A stretch of DNA of 64,000 bases from Candidatus Omnitrophota bacterium (GTDB lineage: Bacteria > Omnitrophota > Omnitrophia > Omnitrophales > Aquincolibacteriaceae). The stretch's first letter is position 1, and each line of letters starts with the position of its first letter. Position numbers and translations under genes: made by a program. The notes under the pieces are model-generated. The model was not told where the DNA came from, searched no databases, and worked only from the letters and a program-made list of their open reading frames with translations. Shown one piece after another: positions 47,151-55,988 of this stretch. The DNA is taken from positions 138,626 to 202,625 of the forward strand of contig JACPXM010000020.1 of the NCBI GenBank assembly GCA_016196545.1. Direction: 5' to 3'.

Positions 47151-49394
47151 TCAAGAGTGTTGGATCGCAAGTCTTGCTAAAAGATAAGAGATGGTGGATT
47201 CGGCCCCCTGGTTGAGATTGATTTGGCCTTCTCCCAGGCCGTCATAACATCCGCCCGTGGCCCTGTCGTAAACGACTTGCTTCAGGCTGTTGTCGCCCAA
47301 AAACCAGTTAAAGGCTTGGTGCATGAGTTTGCGATAAGTTTCTTTCCCCGTGACGGTCGCGGCCGTGGCGAGCGCGCAAGCCATGGCGGAAGTGTCCTCG
47401 GGCTGCTGGTCAAAATAACGGCGTTCCCCGGATTTTTGATGCCAGCCATCCTGACCGATGGGCACGTAGATTCCTTTCAAAAAAGTCTGACCAATTAAAA
47501 AATCTAAAGTCCTTATGCCGGTCTCAAGATATTCGCTTTTACCGGTTTCTGCGTGCCCCAAAAGAAGCGCTTCAGGAAAAATCGCGTTTGAATAAGTCAA
47601 ATAAGTTTCAAACCACTGCCACTCTTCGGTAGCAACCCCCCGGTAAAGTGACATTAGGCGGTCACAGTGACGGACCAAGATTTCTTGAAAGTCTTTCCGG
47701 TTTTTAAAAAGGCAAAGTCCCTTGATATAAAATGCGGTTGCCCGGGGTGATTCCACCATCTGGGAGGCGGCCATGCTTTTCTTTAAGAGAGAGAAGGCCT
47801 TCTGCTTGATGTTTTCCGGCAGGGAATTTGTCGTGGCCGCCGCTGCCAGGGCCCAAAATGTCCGGCTGTTCGCGTCTTCAAGGTTTTCCTTTTGGTTAAA
47901 TTCAACATCGATAGTCCTGTCGGGCTTCACATAATTATAAAAAAGGCCATCTTTCGACAGAACAAATCCGATGAAATTCAAATAAATTTCGATGCGTTTG
48001 AGCAGGTCCCCCTTTTTTTTATCAGGAAAAAGGGTCTTAAACGCCTTGCCAATCCCCTCGTAGTAAGAACAAGCCGCGATCAGCGCACGCGCATTGTCAT
48101 CCACGGTATAACCTGAGGAAATATCCGGCAAAGAAAGCTGGGCAAACTGGACGATCCCGAAATCATCGGTCAGACGGAACAGGTGGCTTAAATTAACACG
48201 CGGAATTTTTTTATACTTGCTGACTTCGGCGATCTCTTCGGAATATTTCGAAAATAATTTTGAATACTCGAGGGCAATATTGTCCCAGGTCATGTTGCGT
48301 GTCCTGAAATAAGCATTTTCCCCCAGCTGCTCCCTGTGAAGGGGGTCTTTCAAAAGATCGAGAAGGGCCTCGGTGTAGGAAGCGGGATCCTTGAAATTGA
48401 CCAGGATCCCGGACTGCCGGGTGATAATCTCCCTCGCCTGGGCGAAAGGAGTGGAAATGACAGGCCTTCCGGACCCCAGTGCATAGGAGAGTGTTCCTGA
48501 AACCGCTTGATTCGGGTCCAGAGAAGTTGAGATATAAATATCCGCAGCCCTCAAAAACTGAAGCAGTTTATCAAGCGAAACATATTCATTATAAAAGCTT
48601 ACATGGGAAGAAAGTTTGAGCTCGCGGACCTTTTCAATGAGGGAGTTCCGATAGCTTTCGCCCTCATTTTGCAGGACGTTTGGATGGGTCACACCCAAAA
48701 CAATATACATGAGATTGGGGCAGGCTTTCACCGCTTGAGGCAGTGACTCAATCACATACTCAATTCCCTTGCCCCGGCTGAGAAGCCCGAAGGTCAAAAG
48801 GATTGTTTTTTTTGAAAAACCCAAAACAGATTTGGACTTTGCGCTGGTGCTATAAGGGATTGAATGAATGCCATGCAGGATGACAGAAACTTTTTTTTCA
48901 TCGATCCCGTAATCCTGGATAAGAATTTCTTTTGAGCGATGGGTCATGGCAACTAAACCGCTTGTTTTTTCGGCTATCAAACGCACGACGTTATAGAGTT
49001 CAGGGTTGGGAGAGGGAAGGACGCTGTGAAAGGTAACCACCGACGGCTTTTTAAGCGCGTCTAAAAAGAGAAGGACGTAGGAGCCGTATTTCCCTCCAAA
49101 AAGGCCAAACTCATGCTGAATATTGACAAGTTTGATGTCAGCTGTTTTGTTTATTTTTTCAGCCGTGCGGATGAAATCCTGTTCGGAATAGGGATCAAGC
49201 TGAAAAATCACCTGGCGGGGATAACTGTAGCGCGACACCGCGTCGGTGTTCATTGCGGCGATGCGGGAATCAACGACGGTTTCTAAGAGATTGTCGAGGG
49301 CGCCCGTAAGGTCTGCGGTAAAAGTCGCGATGCCGCATTCCCGGGGCGGGAAGCTGGAGACATAAGCAATCTTCAGGGTCGCTTTCAAAGGCAC
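47151..49394 (-). CDS. GT4-family glycosyltransferase fused to a ~330-aa C-terminal domain of unknown function
   Basis: 747 aa. The N-terminal ~400 aa are GT-B/GT4-like (EFGLFGG, SLDPNQAVSGTLSYALGSGRPVIST). The C-terminal part is helix-rich (possibly an alpha/alpha toroid). Confidence 0.7.
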   Translation of the reverse strand: MPLKATLKIAYVSSFPPRECGIATFTADLTGALDNLLETVVDSRIAAMNTDAVSRYSYPRQVIFQLDPYSEQDFIRTAEKINKTADIKLVNIQHEFGLFGGKYGSYVLLFLDALKKPSVVTFHSVLPSPNPELYNVVRLIAEKTSGLVAMTHRSKEILIQDYGIDEKKVSVILHGIHSIPYSTSAKSKSVLGFSKKTILLTFGLLSRGKGIEYVIESLPQAVKACPNLMYIVLGVTHPNVLQNEGESYRNSLIEKVRELKLSSHVSFYNEYVSLDKLLQFLRAADIYISTSLDPNQAVSGTLSYALGSGRPVISTPFAQAREIITRQSGILVNFKDPASYTEALLDLLKDPLHREQLGENAYFRTRNMTWDNIALEYSKLFSKYSEEIAEVSKYKKIPRVNLSHLFRLTDDFGIVQFAQLSLPDISSGYTVDDNARALIAACSYYEGIGKAFKTLFPDKKKGDLLKRIEIYLNFIGFVLSKDGLFYNYVKPDRTIDVEFNQKENLEDANSRTFWALAAAATTNSLPENIKQKAFSLLKKSMAASQMVESPRATAFYIKGLCLFKNRKDFQEILVRHCDRLMSLYRGVATEEWQWFETYLTYSNAIFPEALLLGHAETGKSEYLETGIRTLDFLIGQTFLKGIYVPIGQDGWHQKSGERRYFDQQPEDTSAMACALATAATVTGKETYRKLMHQAFNWFLGDNSLKQVVYDRATGGCYDGLGEGQINLNQGAESTISYLLARLAIQHS

Positions 49395-50425
49395 GGCTTC
49401 TTAACTTTTTTCAACTCCTTCAAGAGTTTCTTGAGGCTGAGGGATTTTGCCGCGATCCTTTTGTCGGCCGCGCCGTAGTAGATAAAGAGCCGGTCGTTTT
49501 TCAGCACGGTGCCCGTGGGGAAGACCACGTTGTTGACGTCTCCCTGTTTTTCCCACGGTTCGGTGGGAGAAAACAAAGGGGTTTTTAAACGGCCAATCAC
49601 TTGGGTCGGGCGTTTGAGGTCGATAAGCGCGGCGCCGGCGTGATAAATTTTCCCTTGAAGGGCGTCTTCAACGCCGTGATAGATCAAAAGCCAGCCGTCT
49701 TCGGTTTCAATGGGAGGGCATCCGCCCCCGACATTCCGGCTTTCAAAGCCGCATTCAGGGTCAATCACCAGATGTTCGCCCAAGTTCTGCAGGTGTCTTT
49801 TCCAAAAATCTTTCCGCGTGAGGTCTTTGAAATCATCAAAGAAGATGATCTGGATTCCGGGAAGGACCCGGTGAATCAGCGCGAATTGGCCATTAATTTT
49901 CTTTGGAAAGAGAAAGGCGTCTTTTTCCCAGAGCAGGATGTCTTCGCCCTGCCGGTCCCGGATGTAGGCGTCGAAAAGGAAATATTTTTCTCTCATTTTG
50001 ATTTTGGAATGCCCAAAGAGGCGGGCGGCTTCGCGGTAAGAAATGCGGGGGGAGATTACGTCCTGTTTTGTGAAATGGACAAGGTCGGTGCTGGTCGCAT
50101 AAGCGAACAGCGCGTTCTTTCCGTCATAAACCGTATAAAGAAGGTAATAGATGCCGTCTAAAAAAGTAATTCGCGGGTCTTCGACGCCCATTTTTTCATA
50201 ATCCTGCTCCGGAAAAAGAATGGGTTTTTCGGAACGGTTGACGGCCTTGTTTGCCTCGAGCTGGCAGTAGCCGATGGAGGAGACCATGTCCGGGCTGCGC
50301 ACGGCCCGGTAAAACATATGGACGGTGCCGCCGGATTCGATGCAGGCGGGGTTTAAAACGGCCTGATTATCAAATCCCTTTTCGGAGCTTTCAAGGATGA
50401 TGCCTTCGCTTTTGATTTTGATCAT
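49385..50425 (-). CDS. GH130-family (DUF377) glycoside phosphorylase/hydrolase-like protein
   Basis: 346 aa with FDNQAVLNPACIE, GVEDPRIT and IYYGAADKRI beta-propeller-type motifs. There is a 10-nt overlap with the GT4 gene. Confidence 0.7.
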   Translation of the reverse strand: MIKIKSEGIILESSEKGFDNQAVLNPACIESGGTVHMFYRAVRSPDMVSSIGYCQLEANKAVNRSEKPILFPEQDYEKMGVEDPRITFLDGIYYLLYTVYDGKNALFAYATSTDLVHFTKQDVISPRISYREAARLFGHSKIKMREKYFLFDAYIRDRQGEDILLWEKDAFLFPKKINGQFALIHRVLPGIQIIFFDDFKDLTRKDFWKRHLQNLGEHLVIDPECGFESRNVGGGCPPIETEDGWLLIYHGVEDALQGKIYHAGAALIDLKRPTQVIGRLKTPLFSPTEPWEKQGDVNNVVFPTGTVLKNDRLFIYYGAADKRIAAKSLSLKKLLKELKKVKKPCL

Positions 50426-50581
50426 GAGACTCCAGTGCTGGTTTCAAGAAAAAAAGGCGTTGGGGGATTATACACCAGCAACGCCTTGATGGGAGGGTAG
50501 AGATAATGGCTCCTCCGCGTGCCCTAATTTTGATTAGGGATTTTGGGAGATCAGGACTCGCGGGGGAAAACCTAAATAAAA

Positions 50582-50609
50582 ATGCCGAAGACCTTAAGGC
50601 CTCCGGCAT
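50582..50609. terminator. bidirectional-terminator-like hairpin flanked by A-run and T-run
   Basis: ATGCCGAAGACC / GGCCTCCGGCAT (10 of 12 pairs) around the loop TTAA, with AAATAAAA on the 5' side and TTTTTT on the 3' side. It lies at the core/accessory junction. Confidence 0.45.
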
Positions 50610-50834
50610 TTTTTATGAGTCTCCCCGAGGACGACGCCTATCAAACTTTTCTCGAGGATGAATTTGCCTTCGAAATCGCCCTGGCGTCTAAGGGCCACAA
50701 GCGGCTGGCTTTACCAGCTCTCTCCAACTAAGAAAGCAGAAAAAAACCGCCCTAGCGCCTAAGCTGGCAGAGCCAGCTACCTGCAAACTAGTTGCAGTAT
50801 TCAGTCGCTAGTGGCGGTCGAAAATAAGTATACC

Positions 50835-51045
50835 CTATCGAGGTTCCCAGTACCAAACATTAAATTTTTGACTTCTTATTTTACTTGGAATTTCTAACTT
50901 CTTAGCTTGTATATACTTACAAAGCTCAACTTTGCTCTCACTCGTATTGAAGCCTTCTTTTTCATAGCCAATAGCGCCAATAAATATATCGGCCATTTGG
51001 AGCGTATCATAAAGTTTGGCTTCTCTCGGCTCTATATTTGAGGAG
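50835..51045 (-). pseudogene. C-terminal remnant of a DUF3800-like gene, truncated by the IS256-family element
   Basis: LYDTLQMADIFIGAIGY resembles the C-terminal LQxAD motif of DUF3800. The track ORF's first ~25 codons read out of the IS end. No N-terminal half is present nearby. Confidence 0.35.
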
Positions 51046-52485
51046 ATATTGTCAAATGTTGTGGCCTGAGATTTTGAAATCGTATCCTTCCAGGATTCTT
51101 CAAGCCGCTTTTTGAAGCGCAATTCCGTCTTGAAATTGCACGCCCTCCAGCAGCTGTGAAATCTTTCTGTAGCCCCGCAATTTCTTCCATCGCTTCTCGG
51201 CGGATTCCGCGAGCTTGAAAACCATCGTCAGCGTCGCGATCCGGGATCCGCAGCCTTTCGTTTTTTTAGTCCGCAAGCGCACGGTGGAAAAAGTAGATTC
51301 AATGACGTTGGTGCTGCGAATATGCTGCCATTGCTCCGCCGGAAAATCGTAAAAACTGAGCAGTTCCTGCCGATGCAGTCTCAGAGAATCAACCGCCTTG
51401 GGATATTTCAGGTCAAACTCTTCGATGAAAACATCGAATGCAACATTGGCATCCATTTTCGCCGGCGCGAGATAAATGTCATGGATCATTTTCTTGGCCT
51501 TGCCCTGCAAGGAGCTGGGCATTTTATCTAAAACGTTGACGGTCTTATGCACCCAACAGATTTGCGTTTTGGTCTTTGGAAATTCTTCGGCAATCGCCGC
51601 CCAGAATCCCAAAGCGCCGTCTCCAATCGCAAGCTCGGGACCCTCGAGCAAGCCCCGGCGTTTCAATTCCCGAATGATCGATGCCCAGCTTTCTTTCGAC
51701 TCCCTAAAACCGTCGACCACAGCGATCAGCTCTTTGGTGCCATCGGCCTTGGCCCCAATAATGACAAGGATGCACTGGCGATCATCGTCCAGCCGCACGT
51801 TGAAATAAATCCCATCCACCCACCAGTACACATATCGGCTCTTGGATAAATCCCGGCTCATCCACTTCTCATAGTCCTGCTGCCAAATCTGTTTCATGCG
51901 GACAATATTCTCCGCAGAAAACCCAACAACATCCTTGCCTAAAATCTTTTCCAGCGCTTGCGTGAAATCCCCGGTCGAAATCCCTTTGAGATAAAGTACC
52001 GGCACCAGCTCTTCGATATTCTTGCTCCTGCGCAAATAAGGCGGCACCAGGCTCGACTTAAACCGGCTCTCTCCGGCGGCTTTCAAAATGCGATCATCGA
52101 CTCTTGGCGTCCGTACTTTCAGCGGACCGGCTCCCGTTACAATCGTCCGGGCTTCGCTCAAGCCATTTCGCACCACCTGCCGCCGGCCTTCTTTGTCCTG
52201 CCGCTCTGCGTGGCTCCGGCAGAATTCTTCAACCTCAAGATTCAGCGCTGTTTCCAGCATCTTCTGTGCTCCTTTGCGCACGACTTCATCAAGAACTGAT
52301 TCGAAAACATTTTCTTCTGGATTTTCAACGACTTCGAGTCTATTCTTTTTCACGGCGTATCCTTTCATGGTTGGTGGTCAGGCAGACCACGGCGTTGCTT
52401 CTTTTTCTTGCCTGAAAGGATACGCTTTTTTTATCTTATCTCAACTCCCAGACCACAACTTTCGATCATACCTCTTCGACAATAT
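51046..52485 (-). mobile_element. IS256-family insertion sequence (~1.4 kb; ends approximate)
   Basis: A Mutator/IS256-type transposase is flanked by three collinear inverted blocks. They are ATATTGTC (51046 / 52478-85), GTTGTGGCCTGAG (51058) vs CTCCCAGACCACAAC (52445-59), and CGTATCCTTCCAGG (51081) vs CCTGAAAGGATACG (52411). Confidence 0.75.
51100..52368 (-). CDS. IS256-family (Mutator-type) transposase
   Basis: 422 aa with the typical N-terminus (LDEVVRKGAQKMLETALNLEVEEF) and DDE core (YWWVDGIYFNVR, GDGALGFW, QICWVHKTVN). Confidence 0.9.
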   Translation of the reverse strand: MKGYAVKKNRLEVVENPEENVFESVLDEVVRKGAQKMLETALNLEVEEFCRSHAERQDKEGRRQVVRNGLSEARTIVTGAGPLKVRTPRVDDRILKAAGESRFKSSLVPPYLRRSKNIEELVPVLYLKGISTGDFTQALEKILGKDVVGFSAENIVRMKQIWQQDYEKWMSRDLSKSRYVYWWVDGIYFNVRLDDDRQCILVIIGAKADGTKELIAVVDGFRESKESWASIIRELKRRGLLEGPELAIGDGALGFWAAIAEEFPKTKTQICWVHKTVNVLDKMPSSLQGKAKKMIHDIYLAPAKMDANVAFDVFIEEFDLKYPKAVDSLRLHRQELLSFYDFPAEQWQHIRSTNVIESTFSTVRLRTKKTKGCGSRIATLTMVFKLAESAEKRWKKLRGYRKISQLLEGVQFQDGIALQKAA

Positions 52486-53245
52486 GCGAGTGGTGGTCCT
52501 AGGTGGACAAATTGTATCATCCACAAGACGTGAGTACGGATTACTTGGTTTAGCCGGAGAAAATCAAGGGAAGATCACATGGGGGCTTTTGGATACGGAT
52601 GATCCGACGCAGATGTTGGTTGGGATAGATATCACACAGGGATTCACGGATGGTCAGAGCCAGATTGATTTCAGCCTGCAGCTTGATGACACACAAAAGA
52701 GTTTGTTGAATAGTTACGATTTCGATTATCCGTTTGCAGCCGAAGCATTTGCTGCAGATATTGAGCAGAACCCACAACAACATACTACGAGCGGTGAAAA
52801 TCTGATAAATTTGCTTAATAGAGATGCGGGTGTTGTTTATGAGCGGCTTACAGAAGCAGAAAAATCATTTGTTAAGAATCCACTTAATTTGCCTTTGATT
52901 CAGAAATTTAGAGATGACGCAGTCTTGGCAGCTAATATTGCTGCGGACATATATAAATTTGGTGACCCCCAGGCTCTTCACAATGGCAGGGGTGATGCAT
53001 TCCGGCATGCGCTTTGGAGTGCCTTGATGGCAAAAAGTGGTGGTGCAACTAAAGCGCTGGAATACTCCAATGCTCATGAAGAAGATCCATTGCAGCCGCT
53101 CGCCGAACGGGAAATGGATTTGCATAATAATACGGTCGGTATTAGCATAGTGCAGGAAAATCCAAATGCCGATTTGGCCGAATTAACTTCAATAATCTTG
53201 GAAAAGATTGACGATGGTGAATTGGAGTGGCTAAACGGTGATTAG
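52484..53245 (+). CDS. 5'-truncated ORF encoding a toxin-like C-terminal module (GDAFRHALWSALMA ... NAHEE ... EMDLHNNTVG)
   Basis: The reading frame is open straight out of the IS end, so no native start is visible. The motif resembles what I recall as a DUF6973-type domain (unverified). The region is AT-richer than the core. Confidence 0.45.
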   Translation: MRVVVLGGQIVSSTRREYGLLGLAGENQGKITWGLLDTDDPTQMLVGIDITQGFTDGQSQIDFSLQLDDTQKSLLNSYDFDYPFAAEAFAADIEQNPQQHTTSGENLINLLNRDAGVVYERLTEAEKSFVKNPLNLPLIQKFRDDAVLAANIAADIYKFGDPQALHNGRGDAFRHALWSALMAKSGGATKALEYSNAHEEDPLQPLAEREMDLHNNTVGISIVQENPNADLAELTSIILEKIDDGELEWLNGD

Positions 53246-53597
53246 AATGAATCTTATTGAATCGAGGCCTCTTATGAAATGGGTAAAAATATTGGGAGTA
53301 TTTATCGGCGTGAGTTTATTGCATTATTTTACTGTAGTACAATTATCACTGAGGCAGACAAGTAAAGTTATGGGAGCGTGGGAAAACCCGTTACCGAATG
53401 GGGGTAAAATTGGTGGAAGCACGAGCGACCAGATATTTGAGTCAGTTATAAAAATTCTCCTTTCCCCCGGTGAGTTAATTTCCAAGCTGGGTATGCCTCA
53501 ATCGTTGTCAGGAATTATATCAATAGTAACCTACGGCATGCTTGGAGTACTGATTTATTTATTATGTACAAGGAAATTCCGCATGCCATCTTCTTGA
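53238..53597 (+). CDS. small two-TM membrane protein overlapping the preceding ORF (immunity-like position)
   Basis: A GTG at 53238, or an ATG at 53247 one nt after the upstream stop. The hydrophobic spans are ILGVFIGVSLLHYFTVVQL and IISIVTYGMLGVLIYLLC. Confidence 0.45.
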   Translation: MIRMNLIESRPLMKWVKILGVFIGVSLLHYFTVVQLSLRQTSKVMGAWENPLPNGGKIGGSTSDQIFESVIKILLSPGELISKLGMPQSLSGIISIVTYGMLGVLIYLLCTRKFRMPSS

Positions 53598-53736
53598 AGA
53601 TCTCAGACCGTTTGAAAAATCATCCGCTGTTTTAGCTTCTCTAACGGTTCCTTGTAATTCCAGTTTCCCTCAAGTAACCTTTTTATTAACAAAGGGTTAC
53701 GGCTGTTCTTGTGCCCAGCCGTGATGGGAGAACTGC

Positions 53737-54603
53737 GTGGATACAGCGATCAAAAATTCCAAAGCCATGGTGGCCGGCTATGCCGAATGGCTGGAGGGGC
53801 GTTATGCTCGGGCCACGGCCCGGAGTTACCAGCTCTATGTCCGGAATTTCTTCAAGTATTTGAAATATTGGCACCGGAAAATCAAAGACATAAAAGAGGT
53901 CACCCCGGAAATTATCGCGAAATATGTGACCTTTATTCAGGCAAGCTCAAAGAAAAACGGAATAGTTGCAAGCCGGCTGCGTTTTTTCGCAGTCAAAAAT
54001 TTTCTCGAATGGCTTGGAACGAACGATTTCATTGATACCAATCCCCTGGAGAAGGTCAAAGCACCGAAACGGGATTGTGGCGGGTACAAGGGGGATATCC
54101 TCGTCGAGAAGGAAATTTGGGCCCTGCTTGATGCGCCGGCAAAGAAAGAAAAAATCTCCGCCCGGGACAAGGCGATCCTCGAATTGCTTTTCTGGACCGC
54201 CATGACAAGCCATGAGCTGGTCAATCTCAAAGTCGAGGATGTTGATTTGGGGGAATTCTGCGTTTACGTGAAACGAAAGGGAGGAAAAATCAAAGGGCGG
54301 CCGATGGAGAGAGCTTATCGGCCAATGTGGCGGTACGGGCTTTACCGGGGCGACTTTATAAATTCGGACAAGCTGCCATGGTTTTTTTTGAGCCGGAAGG
54401 GCATGAAGATGGATGAGGCAACCATTACAAGGTTGATTCAAAAATACGCGAAGAAGGTGGGGATCAATGAGCATGTAACGGTCCGTATGATCAGGAATTC
54501 CAGGGCTATCCATGTGGGTCTATACGGTGCTTCCGAGGAATATGTTCAAGAATTCGTGAAACAGAGAAATCGGAAAAATGGGAAGTTCCGAAGACACCGC
54601 TGA
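53737..54603 (+). CDS. tyrosine-recombinase homolog with substituted catalytic residues
   Basis: 288 aa with a SAM-like N-domain and a recombinase fold. It has TAMTSHE where GMRSGE is expected. Its C-terminus FVKQRNRKNGKFRRHR replaces LLGH...QIYTR. Confidence 0.65.
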   Translation: MDTAIKNSKAMVAGYAEWLEGRYARATARSYQLYVRNFFKYLKYWHRKIKDIKEVTPEIIAKYVTFIQASSKKNGIVASRLRFFAVKNFLEWLGTNDFIDTNPLEKVKAPKRDCGGYKGDILVEKEIWALLDAPAKKEKISARDKAILELLFWTAMTSHELVNLKVEDVDLGEFCVYVKRKGGKIKGRPMERAYRPMWRYGLYRGDFINSDKLPWFFLSRKGMKMDEATITRLIQKYAKKVGINEHVTVRMIRNSRAIHVGLYGASEEYVQEFVKQRNRKNGKFRRHR

Positions 54604-54606
54604 TTG

Positions 54607-55719
54607 TTATTCCTTGTAATAATAATGATGCAGACCGCCCAGGATAGGGGATGATCGGATTCTCCCTTCACTTTTTTGAGGCGGGGATTCATCCGGCGGC
54701 ATGAAGCCGAGATTCATATGCGGTCGCTTGGTGTTGTAGTAGTTCGCATATTCGTTCACGAGATATTCCAGATGCTTCATGCCGAAGATCACGAAATGAT
54801 TCACACATTCTTTCCTGATCTTCCCAACCCAGGTTTCGGCGAAGGCGTTTAGATTCGGGGAGTGTTTCGGTGTTTTGAAGACCCTGAAGCCTTGTTCTTT
54901 GAAATACTTGTCAAATTCTTTTGAGAATTTGCAGTCGAGGTCGCGGATCAGGATCTGCTTTCCGCCTTGGGTGAAGCGGTCGTCTTCAAAGACTTTCTTG
55001 GATTGCTCCAGGGTCCATGCGCCTTTAGGATTTCTTGAAATTCCCGCAATCTTGATCCTGCGCGTGCGAATATTGATGTAGAAAAGCACCCAGGCAAGCC
55101 GCGGGCCTTGGAGCGTCCAGATCCATTGCCTGAAAAAATCGCAGGCAACGAGTGTGTCGTAATGCCGTTTGAGGCCATTGATCCAGGGCTCCTTGCGCTG
55201 ATCCGCCGGAGGGATGCCGTTTTCTTTGAGGATATTGGCAATCGTTGAGCGGCTGAAATACGTTATCTTCAATCTTCGGAGTTCGCCCAGGATGCGTGTG
55301 ATGCCCCAGGCGTTCTTCTTTGCCATTTCCACGACGAGCTTTCTGGTTTCAGGAGCCTTGCGCCTCGGCCCGCGCTTTTTATAGGGGAAGGTCCTAAAAC
55401 CTTTTTTGGAGTTCCGAAGCCAGCCGAGGAATGTGTAGTAGCGGACAATGGAGATGATGTCTTTGAGATTGCTTCCAAGGGCCTTGCCGTACTTGATGAG
55501 TTCATAGCGTTCTTCCGGGGTAAGCCTGATGAGTTGTTTATCAACTCTTTTTCTCAGAAGTCTGTTTTCGCAACGCAAAAATTCGACTTGGCAGGCAAGC
55601 TGGTCTCCGAAGAGAGCGGCGAGAAAGGTGATGATATTGAGGCGCATGGCGAAGCCCTCCTTATGGGTATTAGGATACTGGAAATACAGCGAAAATTCGA
55701 GCCACCTTTTGTTCGACAA
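54607..55719 (-). CDS. transposase with rve (integrase core, DDE) domain
   Basis: The DDE candidates lie in VACDF, IRDLDCKF and NAFAETW. The ORF ends with a YNTKRPH motif. The likely true start is the Met at ~55647 (MRLNIITFLAALF...ENRLLRKR). Confidence 0.8.
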   Translation of the reverse strand: MSNKRWLEFSLYFQYPNTHKEGFAMRLNIITFLAALFGDQLACQVEFLRCENRLLRKRVDKQLIRLTPEERYELIKYGKALGSNLKDIISIVRYYTFLGWLRNSKKGFRTFPYKKRGPRRKAPETRKLVVEMAKKNAWGITRILGELRRLKITYFSRSTIANILKENGIPPADQRKEPWINGLKRHYDTLVACDFFRQWIWTLQGPRLAWVLFYINIRTRRIKIAGISRNPKGAWTLEQSKKVFEDDRFTQGGKQILIRDLDCKFSKEFDKYFKEQGFRVFKTPKHSPNLNAFAETWVGKIRKECVNHFVIFGMKHLEYLVNEYANYYNTKRPHMNLGFMPPDESPPQKSEGRIRSSPILGGLHHYYYKE

Positions 55720-55748
55720 GGGGCCATTTATTGGGTATATTACAGCGT

Positions 55749-55988
55749 GTGAGTCCGACCATTTTTCGCTATAAGGGGTACCGTTTTTTCTTCTTTTCCC
55801 GGGAAGAAACCCGGACGCACGTCCATGTGATGAGCGCCGACGGGGAAGCGAAATTCTGGATCGAGCCGGTGGTTGCCTTGGCGGAAAACTACGGCCTGAA
55901 AGCCACGGAACTCAAGAAATTACATCAGGTGGTCGAGGAACATCAAAATGAAATCAAACAAGCGTGGAAAAAACACTTCGAAAGCTGA
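55749..55988 (+). CDS. DUF4160-family small protein
   Basis: VSPTIFRYKGYRFFFFSREETRTHVHV matches the DUF4160 N-terminal pattern. A GTG start is chosen; the track uses a TTG at 55731. Confidence 0.6.
   Translation: MSPTIFRYKGYRFFFFSREETRTHVHVMSADGEAKFWIEPVVALAENYGLKATELKKLHQVVEEHQNEIKQAWKKHFES

Noticed and set aside
50616-50834. A possible tRNA/tmRNA integration target or small RNA at the core/island junction. Several short hairpins occur (GCTGGCTTTACCAGC, GCTGGCAGAGCCAGC, CTGCAAACTAGTTGCAG), along with a 38-codon ORF at 50614.
   Set aside because: I could find no cloverleaf, no T-loop (GGTTCGAATCC-like) and no tmRNA tag/3' end. The hairpins are short and the ORF has no support.
52088-52483. 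The 5' part of track ORF 52088-53245.
   Set aside because: It is antisense to the IS256 transposase gene and its terminal repeat. It is open only by chance and joins the real downstream frame.
54560-55780. Terminal inverted repeats for the rve-transposase element (CGGAAAAATGG at ~54572 vs CCATTTTTCG at ~55767).
   Set aside because: Only ~10 of 11 nt match, and the right copy lies inside the DUF4160 coding region. This is too weak to define IS ends.
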